Part shown: in pieces, positions 1-13,815 of the stretch
Numbering within the stretch: the first letter of the stretch is position 1
How the letters are laid out: each line of letters begins with the position of its first letter
Assembly (NCBI RefSeq): GCF_003918875.1
Contig: NW_025765225.1
Coordinates: forward strand, 1,302,001 to 1,366,000
Source: Haliotis rubra
Lineage: Eukaryota
Direction of reading: 5' to 3'
Length of the DNA stretch: 64,000 bases
The notes under the pieces: generated by a model
What the model was told of the DNA's origin: nothing
Databases searched by the model: none
The model's input: only the letters and a program-made list of their open reading frames with translations
Program-made: the position numbers and the translations under genes

Positions 1-318
1 TACCAAGACTAGAGCTGCTGGGACACTGATCACTATAAGGGAAAGTTGACCACAGGAAACTTGAAGTAATCTCTCTGGTCATATAACGTCCTGTGTTTGT
101 TTTGTTACTCCAAATGATTATGCATAGATATAAAAATGAGATAAGGGGGTCTCATTGGTTTCTTTTCATCAAAAGGGAAAATAATTAACTAATGACAATA
201 ACTCCTAAACAATATACTGAAATAGACTAATTGAAATTTGTAACTGGGATAATTTAGCTTTTTGTATACGCACACAGCAGTAAACAGAATGGACCCTGAA
301 TCCAGTCCATCTACACAC

Positions 319-574
319 CAGAACTTCCAATGATAGCTGTTATCTTCCCACTCTCCAGTAGCATTGAAATGTTCTTGAGCACCTTCCGTTGCCGACGTTC
401 TCTGAAGCACAAACCCTTCCACCATGGCCCCATCCATTCTTTCACTGTGTACGACACGTCTTTTACGGAGATGACGCCGGCGGAGGTCCTATCGTTTTCA
501 CAAGCCACTTCCGACGGCATGGGTGACATAGGACGAAAAACGCCATTCACTTCCGTCAACGTGGAGGTGTCCAT
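319..574 (-). CDS. ABCG5: First coding exon of a second ABCG5-like half-transporter (tandem paralogue; rest of gene lies left of the window)
   Basis: ATG at 574. Encodes ...KDVSYTVKEWMGPWWKGLCFRERRQRKVLKNISMLLESGKITAIIGSSG and ends at a phase-1 GT donor (318) inside Walker A, exactly as exon 1 of the gene at 9970. About 34/52 aa are identical to that exon by hand count. An acceptor AG at 588-587 precedes the ATG. No exon 2 found in 1..318. Confidence 0.85.
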
Positions 575-3463
575 TTCCCCTTCTTACTGTTTCAAAATCA
601 ATGGAATACTTGTGTGACTTACGAAAACATCAACCGTAACCATCACGAACTATGACACCATGCATTTCTAGTGGTGTTGACTGGTTACGGGACTTAAATA
701 TACCCTAGCGAAGAGAACATGCCGTCGGTGGTTTCTCCATAGAACGAAAACCACAGTAGTAATGTTTGAAATTTAACAGTTGGGTGACACCTATCGGGTA
801 AACGGATATGATGCTGGCAAATCTAGAAACATAATTCGGGCAAATGGGAATTTCAACCCACGATTTTAGGTTAAACAAATTCAAATCTACAATGACAGTT
901 CTAGGATCAGTAGATACATAATGTACACCTAGGCATAATTCATATATTCTTACCCTTTGCCTGCACCAGGCTTTCACTTCATATATTAAGCAGCAAATGG
1001 GTATTGCTCTGGCTTGACTGCTATACAGTCATTCGCAGCAATGGCCACAATACCTTTGTGATGTTGTTCACTGTATCTGATAACAGTCCAGGTGTATCCA
1101 GTTTAGCCCGCAAGAGCATTTCACCGATTTAGATTAACCATATATCATGTACAGCGGTCGGAGTGGTGTAAACACACGTTATATTAGCGTGACATTAACT
1201 AATGCGATAACCGACTTCGTCAATTGCGTTTTTGCCACATCCTATGGAAAGTAGTGTGAGTAGAAATATTACTTTACAGAGCCGTGGGTAGGCCCGTTAG
1301 TTGAAATGTTACGTTGTGATGCATGATGCAATCGATCTCTCTCTCTTCCTACGTATTTAGTGTCATTGTGTATGATTGGATTATCATTACATTATGTCAC
1401 AGTATGTCACCTATATAATCTACATGTAATTTCGGAGATATTTCCAAGAAGCTGTCTAATTTATGAGGATTACTTCAACTTGGGCTAAAAATACTTCACG
1501 TATGACATCCATGCATAAGTAACTGCGTGTGTGTATGTGTGTGCGCGCGCACGTGTGTCTGTGGTACAAAATAATTTCGCTTCTTTAATCCTAGCCCACT
1601 CAGGTACCGAGCTGCAATACGCATACCTGGATACCGCATCCAGACACAGTAAAGCAACTCTGAGCAAACCAGCCCCTATTTTATATCCCCTGAATGCCGA
1701 CTGTCATGCTGGGTACTAACGCGTTGCTATAACGCGAATTAAAACAAATCTCGTTATTTAAAACACACGAGAGTTTACGTGGGTATGTGCACTAAAGCGT
1801 TCGTCTTATCAACAATACACCCATACCTTTAAGCCCTCTGCCTGTCTTCACAGCAAATCTGGAAAGTATCAACTGTGGCAGACAGCAAATTCAAAGTGTA
1901 CATTGGTATAAATTACTTCTCTCCACGATAACATGACACCCCGTACTTTTCAGTATAAAAGATCATGGGTGTTTACCGGATTCAACTCAGTTGGGTTCAC
2001 ATACACTTGACTCCGATAACAGCCACCACACACGGTGGGTCGCTGTGTTCCCTACGTGATACGGTCATAGTGTCAGTTCTGACATAGCACTGGGAGAGGT
2101 AATACTCAGTCTGTTGCTGTGGATCGTCGGAAGGGTAAACGAAGGTCAAGGTATTTTTAATGGATTTTTTTTCTATTTTCAGAACAGATAACAGTGTTGT
2201 CAACGCTACTGTGTCCGAAAACGAGTTCACATTAAAGCAGAATGAAAACGCAGAAAATAAGTAAATTCAGTTAATGCGAGTAAGGAGGTAAGCGTTGTTT
2301 TCTGCATTATCACATATGTTAAGAGGGCCTAAAATCAGCAACAGCAAATGCTTCAAGAAAATAGAACATATTTTTGAAAGGAGAGGTCAAACAATTTCTG
2401 AACCACAACAAGTTATCTTTTACAACGAACGATAAATGTTCAGTGTAAAACATGAAAACGTATATTTATGCAAATTAAATATTTATTCATAATACATCAA
2501 CCACTCCTCATCGTTGGACGCACCATCAACCAACACATTCCAAACATCCAACGTTCAATGTGATTTTTTTGCTGTAGTATGTATACATTGAGCTTAACAT
2601 AATTCTTTGTGCGAAACATGAACCGGTTTAAACATAATAGATTTGTTTACGTAATCAGTAAGTACAATTTCATCACAGAAAACTTGACGTAAAGGATACA
2701 CATTTTAATTGTACATTAGAACAACAGAGAAGAACAAAGGAGGCACAAATGATGCGCAATAAATATAAACGTGGAAACTATTAAACACCATTTACTATAT
2801 ATTTACATATAAATAAATATTTTGAAAAAATAGCCAACAACAAAAGTTTACATGTTTACAAAGTGAAAATGCACGAACTGCAATAAGGAAACATACTGGG
2901 TGAATATTCAATAATTATTCCATGGCAAAGTATATGTTGGTGGTGACTGAAAATTTAACTTTAAACAATTTTTCCAATAGTATTTGTTTTGCTTTATTCT
3001 ATTGGTCATATGTTTTTTTATTGTATGTCTATGCCAATCATTAAAAGTAGAGTTCATTTATTAGAGTTCATAAATCATTTAGAATCATTACCGAGAGTTC
3101 GAACTTAAAATAAATAATAATTATAATAAAATGATGTATTCCCACAGAGCGATAGGAGATATATACGTATAGTCAATATTTTCGAAAGGATCATCCAATT
3201 TTCATACAAATTGATTTTCATGAAATACCGAGAAACCGGTTTCATACCCAAATTCACTAAATCACTAAAACAGAGCCATCTGACGCGAACATTGTAATAT
3301 GATAATTCGCAAACTATAATACGTGAAGGTGAAAGAAAACATCTTGCAATACCTTATGGACATTGTTTTATTTTTATATCAACAGTTTGCTTGCCTTCCG
3401 AACCAATATACACGAACAAATGTGAAACAGTCTCACAAAGCTCGAGCACGATCAAGATTGGAA

Positions 3464-6400
3464 TCAATGTAGATTTGGTATTCCGCGAACTTTGAAAGCA
3501 ATGTAAGTCAGGACGACGAATGAGAGTGAAAAACCCGCCAAGACGCCGAAGTTCCTGTCAATGTGTCCGACAACCCCGGGGAATGTTAAGTTGAGGTAAT
3601 CAATGCCCTTGGTGAACACACATGGAACAACTGCAACATATACACATCAAAGATCAGACGGTTGATTCAGAATGCAATGTGCAACTAACCGAATGTGGAC
3701 CAGACAATCTAGTGATTAACATCATGAGCACCCAAAAACAATTATCCAACGTATAGTCCTGCCCTGCTCAGCAAACATTTACTTTTTCAAAGAAAATTGT
3801 ATTAATGGCAGGCGATTTTGGTATAGCAGGACCTTGTTACAAAATTCGTGAGGAATTGGTGTCATCAAAAATATTGATTAATTCACATATTTTTCTTCAC
3901 TGTTTACACTTTTACGCTCAATAGAATCTGTTTCGGTTGATAATCGAAGTTGAATATTCTCTGGCGGTGACAAGTAATTTTAGCAGATAGGTACAGAGGC
4001 AGGCTTTGTCAAGATTTCAGGCCTCACAAACTTTTCATTTTTATTGTGCACGATTGAACATATTAGCTTTATTAAATCAATCGATAAAGGTAAACATGGT
4101 ATTTGTCAGGAAAATGTAAATGTCCTTAATTGTTTAGGTCAGTTTTGATATACATCATTCTAAGACAATTTTTGTCAATTTTCAAATAAACTTACATTTA
4201 GTAATTTGGTCACATGTCAAGGTCAGGTTTCTGAATTCATTGGCCGCGACGATCTCACTGCCGTACTTATGAATCATTCCATAACTGATGTACCTGAAGA
4301 CCTCAGGCATGTTGGGTACCGCCCTGTAGGAAGACATTCAAGCTAAAGAATTGCATACACAACAAAGAGAAGGGTGGCAGTGAGCCACTATGTACATAAC
4401 GGCATGCAACATATCACAACGGGTAAAGCCTTGTCAAATATAGCTGCCATTACATATAGCGGGTAGACATACATACATATTACTATAAAGACACTATATG
4501 GACCGGCCACGTGGTATTATGAGGGTGAGTGAGTGGGTGTGTTTAGTTTTACGCCGTTTTTAACATTCAAACATTATCACGGCGGGGGACACCAGAAATA
4601 GGCTTCACACATTGTACCCATGTGGGGAATCGAACCCTGGTATTTAACCACTAGGCTACCCCACCGCCCCGATATCATGAGGGGTTGATTGGGTGGCCGA
4701 CGAGTGTGTTATTGATGTACATTTTCTCAGTAATGACAGCCAGATGTGTCCTACCCAATCCACTACATACTTTTGTAAACGTCGAATGTACTGTAAGGTT
4801 ACCTCAAAAAGCCCGAGGAAAGAACAGCAGAAGCAGTGAACATGAGACCGGTCGAGTTGTTGACGAGTTGCGAGTCCATGAAGACACCCATGTTTGCCAC
4901 TGTGAGGAACTCTCCAGCAAAATACAGCAGACACACCACGCCCACGTACATCCCGAACTTGTCAGGATCATCCGACATGCCAACTGTCCTGGAATAGACA
5001 CGTGGGGAGGAAACCATGGCATAAAGTAAGTGGCATTGTCTTATTTCGATTTCAGCTTAACCAGAAATCATTTGTCATGGCGGAATCTAGCCTCACTGTG
5101 ATTACGTATCTATCTGTTTAGATAAATTGTAAGGTTGCAGTAATCATGTTAAATAGCTTATGTTTTATTAGCTTTCTGAGAATTCTACTGGGAGATATCC
5201 TGACACTGGTGCAGATCCTCGAAACAAATCCTTGCGTGTCGATATCAGTAGTTACTGAGTTGGTGAGTTTAGTTCTACCCCGTTTACATCAATATTTCAG
5301 CAAAGGATACCGGACAAACTGAATGGAATTTAACCCAGGTCCTCGGGGTGAGCGTATGCTTTTATATTAACAACAAAATTACCCGAACCACCCTTACGAT
5401 ATCAAGAAAAATTCTTAAATTTGAAACTGAAGTCGCATTACTTTCTGTGATCAATCTCCATCGAGGAAACGTTGCAGATGAAAATAATACACGTCTTGAA
5501 TTCCACTATGTAAAGATGGTCGAAGGCACAGTCATTCAGTGTGGAATTGCGTCAGTTATCAGTGCCATTATGCTATAGTTAGTTCTGACAACATTTGGGG
5601 TAACTTCCAATTTATATTAGTATGTCAGGATACAACCGAAATGCTTGATTTCAAAACAACAAACACTCAGCACTATACTTAAAACGAACACCATGATGTC
5701 CTTACCAGTACAAGAAGCTACTGAAGATGACGCTGGCAAGGATGGAGAATGGCAACATGTGGATGGTGTAGGCAGCCAGGAACGTAGCGGTGGAGTACAG
5801 GCCGTCACGGCATTCTCTGTAGAACACCTCGCGAATACTGGGAACTGAAACAATGTGAATATACTTACGTGACAGTGTTGAGATGGGGCCTTGGGTTGTG
5901 TTCGAAAGTAATTCGGGCAGTGCTGGTTCCGTGTAAGTGAATATTGTACACTAATCGCCAAAAGAAACGTTACCCTCCTACCTTTATGAATTACTTAAAA
6001 ACTATCAAAGATACTTTAGAAGGTATTAGTTTACAAGAAAGCTTAACAACATAGCTTTGTGCAAATAACGAAATGAATTCTCAAATGCAAAATTCGACAA
6101 TGCCGAAATAAACCAGTAACAGTGATTTAGATGTCCAAAAGAAAGGGTGAAATAAAATTCTGCTTTGAGACAAAGATAAACCATTTAAAGTCACAATTTG
6201 TCAACTATTAAAACAAGAAACTACTGTTGTAGAGTGCTTTAAATTGTAAAATAATCATTCCTATGATTTCAGTCTTTTAAAACATTTTCTGCTGATTTGC
6301 ATTAGTGAAAACAAGTAAACCGTGTCTTTGATATTGTGGAAAAGTGTTTATGAACTTCTAAAATCATCTTTGTTAACATTTTTACTTGCAAAGTAACATT

Positions 6401-9400
6401 TTTGCATTTTCTGTTCACACATAGCAATATCAATCGCCAAAACGTAGCAATTTTCAAGCAGTATTTGCATCCATAGAATGATTCTATAGGGTATACAGAG
6501 AGACTAGAATGCATGATACACAAGTACGAGAAATATGCCACGATTGACAGCTGATGAGAGAGAAACAGCCATTGGGAGGGTGCAGATGCGGTCGACATAC
6601 AATGCTGTTGCCAACGCCCTCGGATGCCACCGTATCACGGTTATAAGACTTCTTCAGCGGTACAGACATACTGGGGTCACCGTAGACAGACCAAGAAGTG
6701 GACGTCCACGCATCACAACGCCAGCTGAAGGTAGGTACCTCCGTCATTAAGGAAGGAGGGTAACGTTTCTTTTGGCGTTTAGTGTATTTTCAATGTTGTA
6801 GTTATATCACAAGTAAACAGTTCTATCGGTGACCAGAACCAGATAACCGGGGAACCATGAGACGCAATCACAGAGAGTGGCCTATGGGTCCATCCCTTTT
6901 CGTCTCTTAAGCAACTAGCATACAGTTGTGTAGATGAAAAATTAAATGAACAAAGCTGCTTCGGACCTAGAAGTAAATGTTTATTGGACATCGCATGAGC
7001 AGTGTAGGCACTGAGCTGAAGGTAAATTTTATAAGAGTTTTAACGGTCAGTGCAGCAACTGAGCTGTTAGTAAATGTAAGCGACAAAAACCTTAGTATAT
7101 CCATAAGAATAAAGTGCGAAATCCGCACGTATGATTCCAACTATTCCCACATAGATTATTTATATTCAGTACTGCCAAGGTGTTGTAGGTTAAATGTTGA
7201 CAAGAATTGGAGTGGAATGAATCTAGAATCTAGAATCAGAAATTGTACCGTTTACATCATTCTCAACATGGATAGAACGATAGTACCAAATAATAATCAT
7301 GTTCTACTTCAGTCACTAAAACAAGGTATTGTTCATCTATAATCTGTACGTACACAGAGGAACAATGTTGAGGATGGCCACGTGTGTAGGCACTGACACT
7401 GTCTGGTACAGGAGACCAGCGCGGTCCTGTATACTCTCCTGGTTGTTCTTCAGGCGACCCAGGAACACCGCTATGAACACCACAAATGCTGGCATCAACA
7501 CTATCCGGTTCAAAAAGCCCTGTTTGTCACGTGACAGGTTCAGTGTCATCCGGCTGATAGTAAAAAAGATCGGAAGAATATTTAATACATTATTGGGTTT
7601 TTGAAACACAGTTGCATTTTCATTTTGTTGTGTCATTTTCATTATTCCACAAGCTGGGATAGACATGTTGTGTGTTCATCCAAAGCAGTTTTTTTACAGG
7701 ATCAGGAACATGTTTCATTTAACAGATAATCAAAGGGATAATCAATTCATGTTTTATATTTCGAAAATTTTAATCATACCTGACAAGGGTTTTGACAATT
7801 CTCAACCACGGAGGTCCACGTCTCACACTGTCTCTATGCACAGGATGTAACGAAGCTAGGGACTCGTTGATGCCGGACCGAATGCTACTGTACAGTGAGG
7901 AGTCCCTGTAAGCTCCTATTATCTTGTCAACTCTCTTCTGTGACACACTTTCAAGTCTACTGTTTCTCCTGTCTACACTGGACACATCGACTAGAGGCGA
8001 AAGGAAAAGAAAAACGTCACAGATTGAATATTATGATATAGTTCTAAATATTTTATTGTAAGAACGTTTATATCGTGACATGGCTTATGATCATAATCGA
8101 TAGATACTCGCAGTTGTAACAACACACACACATTTCGACTTTAGAGGGTTGCATGTATTTGCATGTTTACCCTCGAACGGATATAATGCATAGATTTCTT
8201 CCACAATGGACATCTTGTCATGTTCAAATGTATCAATAATATCATTTTATGTGTCATTACTTAATGGTGTTTGAGTTCTTCCAGTAATGATCATTTGGTA
8301 AAGGGAATTAACATTTTGATTTATAATTAATTACTAAGCAGTTCTCAATTGTCCACATTTACTTTACCAGACCGACGATTCTTTTGGGAAACATATAATT
8401 AACTCGGTTAACTCACCGAAAATGAATATTTAGGGTAAAATACAAATATCGATGAATATCATATAAATGATTCACCGAAAATCAGTGATGACACCAGGTG
8501 TTCGCGAAAAGGACAAGCATCCTCTGCCCTTTAAGTAGTGCCAATAAATCACACAATTTGTATCAAAAGCAAGTGCTTGTTCCCTGACGCCATGGAAATA
8601 ATGATTAACTTTTCGATTTTCTATGGTATTATGCTTTAGAAAGGACAAAATGTCTAGAACGCTACGATTGTTCACGTTAGCACTCACTATATATATCCAA
8701 GGGGTTGGCATACCGGGGACATGGGTATCCAACGTCAGTGAAATACGGCACCATTCCACTCGTCTTCCCACAATATGCCAGGTGACCCTGCGTTAATATG
8801 GCTATCTCGTCCAAAAGTTTAAAGATATCAGAACGAGGCTGGTGCATGGACAGAAGTACGATCTTGCCCTCTCTGTGAGCGAGTTCCGCTAAGTTCATCA
8901 CTAGGTAACGGGATGTGTAGCTGTCCAGACCAGAGGTTGGCTCGTCAAGAAGAAGGATTTCTGATTAAGCGAACAGAGAGAACTATATATAAATGTACAC
9001 AGCTAAAGTTTATTGTACTTTTATGGACATTCCACATTGATACTACAGGATTAATACCTGGATCCTGAAGAAGCTGTATTGCTATGGTAACGCGCCGCTT
9101 CTCTCCTCCTGAAACACCCCTGGTCACTTGACCACCGATGCGGCTGTCTGCAACATGGCGGAGTCCCATCTGTTCGATCACTTCCTGCACCTGAATATAC
9201 ACATTGTATTTACAGGAAAAACCGTACTGTCTGCATAACTTTGAAGGATCTTTGTTGCCACACACGGTGATTATTATACACGATACTTCTACAGCCCTGC
9301 CCAAATATTGTGTTACCCTAATCATTGTTTGTTCTACCTGCTAAATTTGCAAATGTCATAATAAGCAGTCATCGGTAAACTTATATAGAATCATCTACAC

Positions 9401-9970
9401 AAAAGTTCTACCTTTGATTCCACGTCTTTCCTGCTCATAGTCCCAGGAAGCTTAAGGAAGGCAGTGAATGTCAGAGTCTCCTTGACCGTGAGGTTGGGAA
9501 GCAGTGTATCAGCCTGCATTACGTAGCTCGCGTGTCGCTTCATCACTTCCGGTTTACATGGCTTGTTCCGGAAGTACAACTGACCAGTGAGCTGACCTTC
9601 ACCTCTACAAGCTATCACATCCAATAACGATGTCTTGCCTGATCCTGAAAACACATTGACACAGTTTTACATTGTTGTCTATTCAGTGATGCTTTTGTCT
9701 TTGAAATATAAAATTACACCTACCTGAACTCCCTATAAGTGCTGTTATTCGTCCCCCCTTCAGGGACATGGTTATATTGTTGAGAACCGTTTTCTTTCGT
9801 CTTTTCCTGAAGCAGGCTCCTTTCCACCAGGGGCCTTCCCATTCCTGTACCGTGTAGGTCACATCCTTTATGTTGAGAACCGGAGACGCCGTCTCACCAG
9901 AAGTGCGCAGGGGGCTGACTGCGGTGGACCTGAGGAGCGAGGACGTATCTTGCAGTGTAGTGTTGTCCAT
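3464..9970 (-). CDS. ABCG5: ABC transporter G family member 5-like (sterolin-1-like), 10 coding exons, 638 aa
   Basis: Hand-spliced exons, all GT-AG with frame maintained: 9970-9724, 9644-9412, 9190-9058, 8960-8688, 7990-7780, 7553-7354, 5844-5706, 4988-4803, 4323-4196, 3630-3464 (TGA), total 1917 nt. Motifs: Walker A GSSGSGKT, Q-loop YVMQ, signature VSGGE, Walker B/D-loop [12 protein letters not shown]-loop MHQP, CPRYANPLD. C-terminal TM domain has an extracellular NLTLTC. The 139- and 186-nt exons match human ABCG5 exon sizes as I recall them. Head-to-head with the ABCG8-like gene. Confidence 0.93.
4525..4670 (-). mobile_element. SINE family A (tRNA-derived), internally deleted copy
   Basis: Box A/B-like head (GGTAGCCTAGTGG, GGTTCGATTCC) and GGCGTAAAAC-(CACT)n tail on the minus strand. 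Confidence 0.8.
5949..6784 (+). mobile_element. Internally deleted Tc1/mariner DNA transposon in ABCG5 intron 6
   Basis: About 30-bp TIRs (CACTAATCGCCAAAAGAAACGTTACCCTCC and its inverse) with TA on both sides (5947-48, 6785-86). ORF 6535-6750 encodes the Tc1 N-terminal HTH with the GRPR linker; the DDE domain is absent. Confidence 0.9.
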
Positions 9971-10149
9971 ATCTGATCATTGAAATAATCATACTGGTTA
10001 GAACATTCAGGCAGAAGATATATATATGGAATATTATCTTACCATACCACCATCGTGTTTTCTTCACAAATTACAAGTCCCATAAACATCCACAGAAATA
10101 GATACGTATTGCAGGGCTAAGCAAACATACTTCCAAATCATTGTCTTTG

Positions 10150-10726
10150 GTGATGAAGAGTTATTTCTATTTTCATTAAAACAAAGATTACAAAAATGTA
10201 TTATCAAACCTGGCACAATAGTATTTCATCTTCATCCTTTTTATGTCATTATAATTCGATTAAGTCAGCTATAGAACAAGAGAAGTATTTAACATCATTA
10301 GAAAATAAGGATTTGATAAGAGCCATGTGTAAATTTAGACTTTCCCTACACAATTTTAATGTCAATTTTTCCAGAAGGTATAAACAAGACGATATTGACC
10401 TAATCAAATGTGCAAACTGAAAATTGGGTTTTATTGAAGATGAATTCCATGTATTATTAGTTTGTGATAAATATAAAGATTTGAGAGAGAAATATCTTCC
10501 ACACATTAAATATGTCCATAAAAACAATATGTTAATGGTAAATTTATTAAACTCTCACAATCCTCTTGTTATACATGCAGTTGCAACATTGTTAAAACAT
10601 ATATTTATTGCTAGATAACTATTTCAATTTGTGCTCACGTGACATTAAAACAAATTACATTATATATTAACTGTAAAATGGGCCATAAGGCCGTATATTA
10701 CCGAATAAAGTGTCTGTCTGTCTGTC
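10150..10726 (+). mobile_element. 5'-truncated LINE 3' end (CR1/L2-group-like ORF2 C-terminus)
   Basis: Peptide ...EKYLTSLENKDLIRAMCKFRLSLHN...C..*..IEDEFHVLLVCDKYKDLREKYLP is typical of a post-RT LINE C-terminus, with one in-frame stop. Ends AATAAAG(TGTC)n. Confidence 0.75.
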
Positions 10727-12029
10727 ATATTCACTAATACAATTAAGGAATGGCTTTTCTATTATATTTACAGGATTATCTTGTAACAAGAGCCAATTCT
10801 CTAAAAAAACAACATTTGATTTTCAACTCTATACACAGCTTTCAAACATGACCATGTTAAGGGAAAACTTCATTCGCTGTTGAATGGAACATCTGAACGT
10901 CCATTGATACACCTACGTCTCAGCCTTCAAGGACACAACAATATGTCAAACATGAGAGCAAATGTATTTTATTGACATAACGATGTGTGAAACGTTAGAC
11001 ATCTCCATAGATGAAATCAGGACAATTATGCTGGAACTAGGCCTCACAACGGACCCCAACTGTAGTCCCCTCAATGTTGATCATGTTCTTTATGCATATG
11101 AATCAGAATTAAGTTCAGAACAAGAACTCAAACTTACTTATCATTAAGTTTATGGTATAATGACGGCCTGATATCGTTCTATTGCAGCCATATTTCCAAT
11201 ACCCTTCCGAATTTCCAACCTAAGGTAAATAGAGAAACCGCCTCAACAGTTTAATAACTGCTTATACAGATTGAGAGTAAGAAAGAAGGAGGGCTTCAGC
11301 TTTCCGAAGGTACTTTTTTTCCTTTGATGTCGTTCATTATTCAAGCTGCACCAGCTTTATATTTCAAAACGTTCGAGATACAATCGAGCAAGCCCATTTC
11401 ACAAAATTGTTATTTTTAAAACAATTCTAGCGCAAGGTTCCAGCAAGCAGTTAAAAGGTTGGGAGGCATGTGGCGCATTAGAGAAATATACCATGTTTGT
11501 GTGGGAACTATGTGACCTGTGGGAAAGAATACATATCTCAGATCAGTGATCAGGTATTTTAATTTTCCTTTGAATCTATGATACGAAATACATGTAGTTT
11601 AATTCATAATGTAATTAGAATAGTATAATACTCTCTTAGTGCATTGGATAACTATTGAAAGGGATTTGTAATGTTTTTGTACAACTTGGATTTTATCATA
11701 TTTCAATACACTCATTACATCATTATATGCTGAACTGTTATGTTCAACACTGGAAGCGATACTATTCTGTATAATTAGCCGATTAAATTTCCATGACGAC
11801 CAGAACTATGTGGTTGTGAGCATAAGATTTGAGTAGGGTAGGCTGACATACAAACAGCCAGGTCGTTAAAACCTCGATCGCGATAAAAGTTGGTTGTAAG
11901 ACATGGGGCGCATTTGGCTCCTTGCAACCTGTGTGTGCATAGTGCCGGGCTTTAGTGCAGGATAGATACTTCCCTTAAATTTCACTCTAACGTGATCCTG
12001 TCCTAGGAGTGAACTGATCCTGGAACTAA

Positions 12030-12275
12030 GTGAGTGAGTGAGTTTAGTTTTACGCCGCACTCAGCAATATTCCAGCTTTATCGCGGTGGTCTGGAAATAA
12101 TCGAGTCTGGACGAGCCAATCCAGTTATCAACAGCATGAGCATTGATCTACGCAACTGGGATACGATGGCATGTGTCAATCAAGTCAGCGAGCCTGACCA
12201 CCCAATCCCGTAAGTCGCCTCCTACGACTAGCATGGATTACTGAAGATCAAGTCTAACCCGCATCTTCAAGGGTT
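12030..12275 (-). mobile_element. SINE family B (non-tRNA structured head), full length
   Basis: Matches copies at 21344, 24196 and 34497; GCGGCGTAAAACTAAACTCACTCAC tail. Confidence 0.85.
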
Positions 12276-13559
12276 CATCCTAGAACTGATACATTCTAGA
12301 GTGAAATTATCCTAGGATGAAATCACTATCCTCTCAGGATCAAAACACTTGCTTTACGGTAAGGCAAAATGTACAGTATTGTCATTGGAGAAACGATATA
12401 CATATATTCAATACGCCACAGAATATAACGATAGGGGTGTTGAGTTAGAGTGTGAGTGGTATGGGGGTGCATGGTATTCACATGATGACAAAATTTATTT
12501 GCCTCTCTTGAAATGGACTTTTTAATTTTTTTAAATCCACGCAGTGCCTCAGTTGGATTAGATAGAGGATATTTTGTTAATGTACTAACAACATCTTCTA
12601 TTTATTATATTTTGATCATTGTTTATAAATGATCGAGACATCGAGTAAGTCTGCATTTTATTACGCATCTCAACTACAGTTAAGCCCTTACGTTCCAGGC
12701 AAAAGTGATATTCTGCTCAGTGAAATAAGATGTTACTCTACTCAGTAAAAATACCACATCTATTTTCACCAATATTTACAGTATTTCACCCTTAAGAATA
12801 TAATAATTAGTCACATTATTTTAAAATCAAGTTAATCATTAATGTATTTTTCGGAAATCCATATTCAGCACATATATTAAGTAAAATAATACGTAAAATA
12901 TAGCAACATTGTTCAGAAATTGGCCAAATATAACTGATATATTTACATAATATCTGGTTAAATACATCGATTGTTAAACATATTTTGCATTATAAATTAT
13001 CATGCATATTTATATGGCGGTTTGTTGGAATTCAGTTTAATAATACGTTTGTGTTACTATATTGTATCCAAGCATGATTATATGACTGCAATATAGAGAA
13101 TTGTAACTAACTCACTCAACCACTCATCATCATGATTGTCAATAGTCGATGTCTGCAAAACACGTTTTAAGTGTCTGTTGAAGTTGTTACAATTGGATGA
13201 GAGACCCGGGTGGTACAACGAACAAGCGTCTAATTGAATAGCCCGTTTACGTCCTTGTCTCGAGTGAATTTAATATTTTCCCTGGGGAGTGACTTGATTC
13301 ATTAAAAGGACGAAATCTGGTTGCGTTTGAAATCACACCATACAAAAAACAAAACAAGATGTACATGCACATCTCTGGTAATAACCCTTTAATACAGAGG
13401 AAATTACACGACGTCAGCAAATGTAGAACAAAAGGAAGTATGACTTGACTGCCCTTGTCTACTCTCCTTTGTAATGTCATTGCAGATGTGATCAGGAAAA
13501 GCGTTAAACCAAAATACTTACATTTTACACACATAAATAAAACGCAAAAGACGAAAATC

Positions 13560-13815
13560 TTACCTTTTTAATTTGTTTGGCTACACAGTTGAAAACAAAC
13601 TGTATGTGATTGGGTCACATGATAAAATTAATCTGCGCTCAAGTTGATGCGTTATCGGACCTCGTGCCTCTATCGCCCAAGTGATAGATAAACACCCCCT
13701 GTGAAATGTAGGGCGAGAACATGCGTACCTTACCGTCAACAGTACTTTCAACCTTGGGGCAATGTGTACATCATGGTAATATCGGGGTCTCGTGTCTGCA
13801 ACGTGGAAGGTAATG
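13560..13815. promoter_or_regulatory. Candidate bidirectional promoter of the ABCG5/ABCG8 pair
   Basis: Outward-facing splice donors flank it: minus AAG|GTAAGA at 13563 and plus AAG|GTAATG at 13810. Both ATG exons are preceded by acceptors (just upstream of the ATG at 9970; AG 14381-14382). Between the donors are GATA sites (TGATAA 13620, TGATAGATAA 13682-13691), ATTGG at 13609 and an NR5A-like CCAAGGTTG (minus, 13749-13757). Motif inference only. Confidence 0.45.

Noticed and set aside
4656-5029. Overlapping ORFs on both strands
   Set aside because: They are alternate or antisense frames of ABCG5 exon 8.
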